Below, one piece after another: positions 61,783-64,000 of a DNA stretch of 64,000 nucleotides. The notes beneath the pieces were generated by a model. The model saw only the letters and a program-made list of their open reading frames with translations. It was not told where the DNA came from and did not search any database. The translations under genes and the position numbers were made by a program. Source of the stretch: Candidatus Latescibacterota bacterium (GTDB lineage: Bacteria; Krumholzibacteriota; Krumholzibacteriia; WVZY01). The number at the start of each line of letters is the position of its first letter. Position 1 is the first letter of the stretch. The stretch is from positions 35,824-99,823 of the forward strand of contig CAWBQK010000010.1 in the NCBI GenBank assembly GCA_963791045.1, in the 5' to 3' direction.

Positions 61783-64000
61783 TTAGCGGAGTATAGCAAA
61801 ATTCTTGACGAAAGACTCGGATCCGCCGCCCGATTCGACGACCATCCTCAGCATATAAACGCCGCTTTTTAATTGTGTCACATCTATCGCCTCGTCGAAC
61901 GGTGTATTTGACGCATCAGCCGGATTGCCCGTCTTGGACAGATCGGTGACCCGTTCGCCTTCGAGGTTATAGATTTCGACCCGAACCGTCGATGTCTTGT
62001 TGAGAACGATTCGCGCATGAACCTCGCCGTCTCTAACCGGGTTTGGATAAATCTTGAACGACCCCGATTCCACGACCCCGGCCGCCGAAGCGGGTGGTGA
62101 ATTGTCGGCCAGTCGTCCCTGCCGGGCGAGCCCATGCTGGTATGAAAGCCAATCCCAGTCTCCGCCCATAATCGACCCGGGGAGAGACTGGATGGACAGC
62201 GACATCATCGGAACCGTGAGAACCGAATCGTACACACCATCAATTGTGACGATCGGGTGCACCAGGCCGAGACTCACGAGGCTCATTTCATCGGTTCCCG
62301 CCAGGTCGGCGATCATCGGCGTCGCGACAATGCCGTCGGGGGCTTTTCGCGGGGAACCCGCGACACGCGCGCCGTTCGGAGCAAAGCCATGGATGGCGCC
62401 GTCGCCCCACGGATAGAGAATTTCTACCCCGTCATTTCCATCGATATTCGCGACCATCGGGCTCGCGAGGATCGCGTCGAAGTAGAGCTCGGGAAAATCG
62501 CCGAGTTGAGTTTGACGAAGCGGCTGTGGCCAATTGGTGCGCAACCGCGCGTTGTGCTCGAAGATATAAAAGTTGTCATCGTCCAAGAGGACGATTTCGA
62601 TAGTCCCATTATTGTCTACGTCGCCGAGCGCGGGCGCCGAAGGGCTCCCCGAGTTGAGTGCGACAAGTTCGATAAGACCATCCGTCGATTCGCCCTCAGC
62701 CGGAACCCGGCCGTGCCGATTGAAAACGGCGAGTCTGCCGTCGAGCAACGTAAATACCGCTTCGTCAAAACCGTTGTGGTCGAGATCGCCCGTCACGACC
62801 GGCGAAGCCGCGGGGAAATCAACGGGCAGCGGCAACTCCGAAGCCCAGGTCACGGAAACCGGCGTCAACGGCGCCGCCTCTCTCCGAAATTTCACCGGAA
62901 AATACGAGAACCCATAAAAGCCGCTTGTGGTATCGGACCAGACGAACGCAACGCCTTCCGTGTCTTCGCCGGCGTGTCCCAATGCGCCGTAACCGGGCGG
63001 CGACGAGGTCTGGGCCCTGATGCTTCCACCCCAGACGATCGAGAACGAAGCCCCGATCAGCTGGTTCCTGACACCCGCGCCATTTACAAAACTCACGCGA
63101 AGCGAGTCGGAAACATGTTCGATAATGACTATCTCGAGGACCGAGTCGTCGTTGACGTCGATAAGCATCGGCGGGGCGGCCAGCGGCAGACCGGCGAAAA
63201 GCACGCCGTCTGTTTGCGCGTCACCGTCTCCGTCAAAAACCTCCGACCCATCCCGCTTCCACGCAAAGACGCGTCCCTGGGGATCGGCGCCGATAAGATC
63301 CACGCCCCCATCGCCGTCTATATCCCCAAAGGCCGGTGGTCCAATCCACATGGCATCGGGCGCGGGTATATAGGGATCGATCGTTTCAGGGTTGCCGTCT
63401 CCGTCGACGAATTCTCCGCCGTCACCATTGAAAGCGTAGACCCCGGCCAGATCGGCAAAGACCACGATCTCAAGACCGGCCGCGCCGTCAAGATCGATCG
63501 CCGAAGGCGGCTGATAATCGCCCGTCGCGATCCACCGGGTTCGTTTGTCTTCGAAGGGAGCGGCGAATGATATGGAACAGGTCATAATCGGACCCGTCTC
63601 GGAAATGTCGGTTACCGTGATCCCGGTAACGGCCCCGGCGTTCGAGAAACTCCCCGGACTGGTGTCGGGACCAAAGGTTGTATTATTTCCCACACGGTAT
63701 GTGTCGAAATGGCTGCCGAACGAGAACGGATCCTGGAGACCGTCGAGGTCCTGGACGCCGTCGGCTTCTTCGAGATCGACGCCTTTTCGCGACACAAAAT
63801 CATTTGGCAAATAGCCGGTTTGTATCATTTGACGAATGACGTTTTCATCGACGTGCCACACATACATCCCCGTCCCCGTGTGGATAAACGGCACGACGGC
63901 GTTGTAGATGTCCCGCTCTTCCTGGAGTACGAACGGATCTGTCAAAACCGTCAAAAAGAAATCAAACTCGGCACCATCGAGCGAGTCGGTGTTGTCGGGG
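61783..64000 (-). CDS. Secreted protein with M6/immune inhibitor A-like segment, FG-GAP repeats and T9SS-like C-terminal domain (5' partial)
   Basis: Frame open to the window end; GMYVWHVDE...GVDLEEADG..DLD...FGPDTSP..SN.G..TGITVTDIS; repeated GDxDGDG.xEIV; KIYPNPV...IYNLEGE...SGVYMLRM...KNFAILR. Confidence 0.85.
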   Translation of the reverse strand, partial: PDNTDSLDGAEFDFFLTVLTDPFVLQEERDIYNAVVPFIHTGTGMYVWHVDENVIRQMIQTGYLPNDFVSRKGVDLEEADGVQDLDGLQDPFSFGSHFDTYRVGNNTTFGPDTSPGSFSNAGAVTGITVTDISETGPIMTCSISFAAPFEDKRTRWIATGDYQPPSAIDLDGAAGLEIVVFADLAGVYAFNGDGGEFVDGDGNPETIDPYIPAPDAMWIGPPAFGDIDGDGGVDLIGADPQGRVFAWKRDGSEVFDGDGDAQTDGVLFAGLPLAAPPMLIDVNDDSVLEIVIIEHVSDSLRVSFVNGAGVRNQLIGASFSIVWGGSIRAQTSSPPGYGALGHAGEDTEGVAFVWSDTTSGFYGFSYFPVKFRREAAPLTPVSVTWASELPLPVDFPAASPVVTGDLDHNGFDEAVFTLLDGRLAVFNRHGRVPAEGESTDGLIELVALNSGSPSAPALGDVDNNGTIEIVLLDDDNFYIFEHNARLRTNWPQPLRQTQLGDFPELYFDAILASPMVANIDGNDGVEILYPWGDGAIHGFAPNGARVAGSPRKAPDGIVATPMIADLAGTDEMSLVSLGLVHPIVTIDGVYDSVLTVPMMSLSIQSLPGSIMGGDWDWLSYQHGLARQGRLADNSPPASAAGVVESGSFKIYPNPVRDGEVHARIVLNKTSTVRVEIYNLEGERVTDLSKTGNPADASNTPFDEAIDVTQLKSGVYMLRMVVESGGGSESFVKNFAILR

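Noticed and set aside
1-64000. tRNA, rRNA, CRISPR arrays, transposases, integrases, prophage genes
   Set aside because: I saw no cloverleaf, regularly spaced repeats or recombinase motifs in the intergenic regions or ORFs by eye.

Overview
A GC-rich bacterial chromosomal segment. Every credible gene except lpxH is on the minus strand. The gene content suggests a diderm of the FCB superphylum outside Bacteroidota (Krumholzibacteriota/Latescibacterota/Eisenbacteria-like; inference): lpxH, three PorV-like barrels, six proteins with FlgD-Ig/T9SS-like C-terminal sorting domains, and a short Bacteroidota-type sigma factor. The right half (36-64 kb) is mostly housekeeping: degQ, a sigma-70 factor, M23 peptidase, amidase, cdaR-like, PTS IIA, hisS, aspS, phoH, pgpH-like HD protein, ybeY, corC-like, mgtE, recO, glyQ and glyS. 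The left half is a cell-surface region. (i) A ~14 kb block between glyS and ppdK holds a strongly promoted, heavily frameshifted secreted protein, three related lipoproteins, a secreted partner and a subtilase. (ii) A tightly coupled ppdK operon ends in an uncharacterised module of two beta-barrels, three CBM48-like glycogen-binding domains, a PorV-like protein and a DOMON-like secreted protein. (iii) A ~10.3 kb Ig-repeat adhesin gene is followed by a PorV-like gene. The most notable pattern is three separate cargo->PorV-like gene pairs whose cargoes share a distinct C-terminal motif. Several frameshifts, one in essential glyS, look like long-read indel errors. I found no rRNA, tRNA, CRISPR array or mobile element. 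All calls come from reading motifs by eye; no database searches were run.
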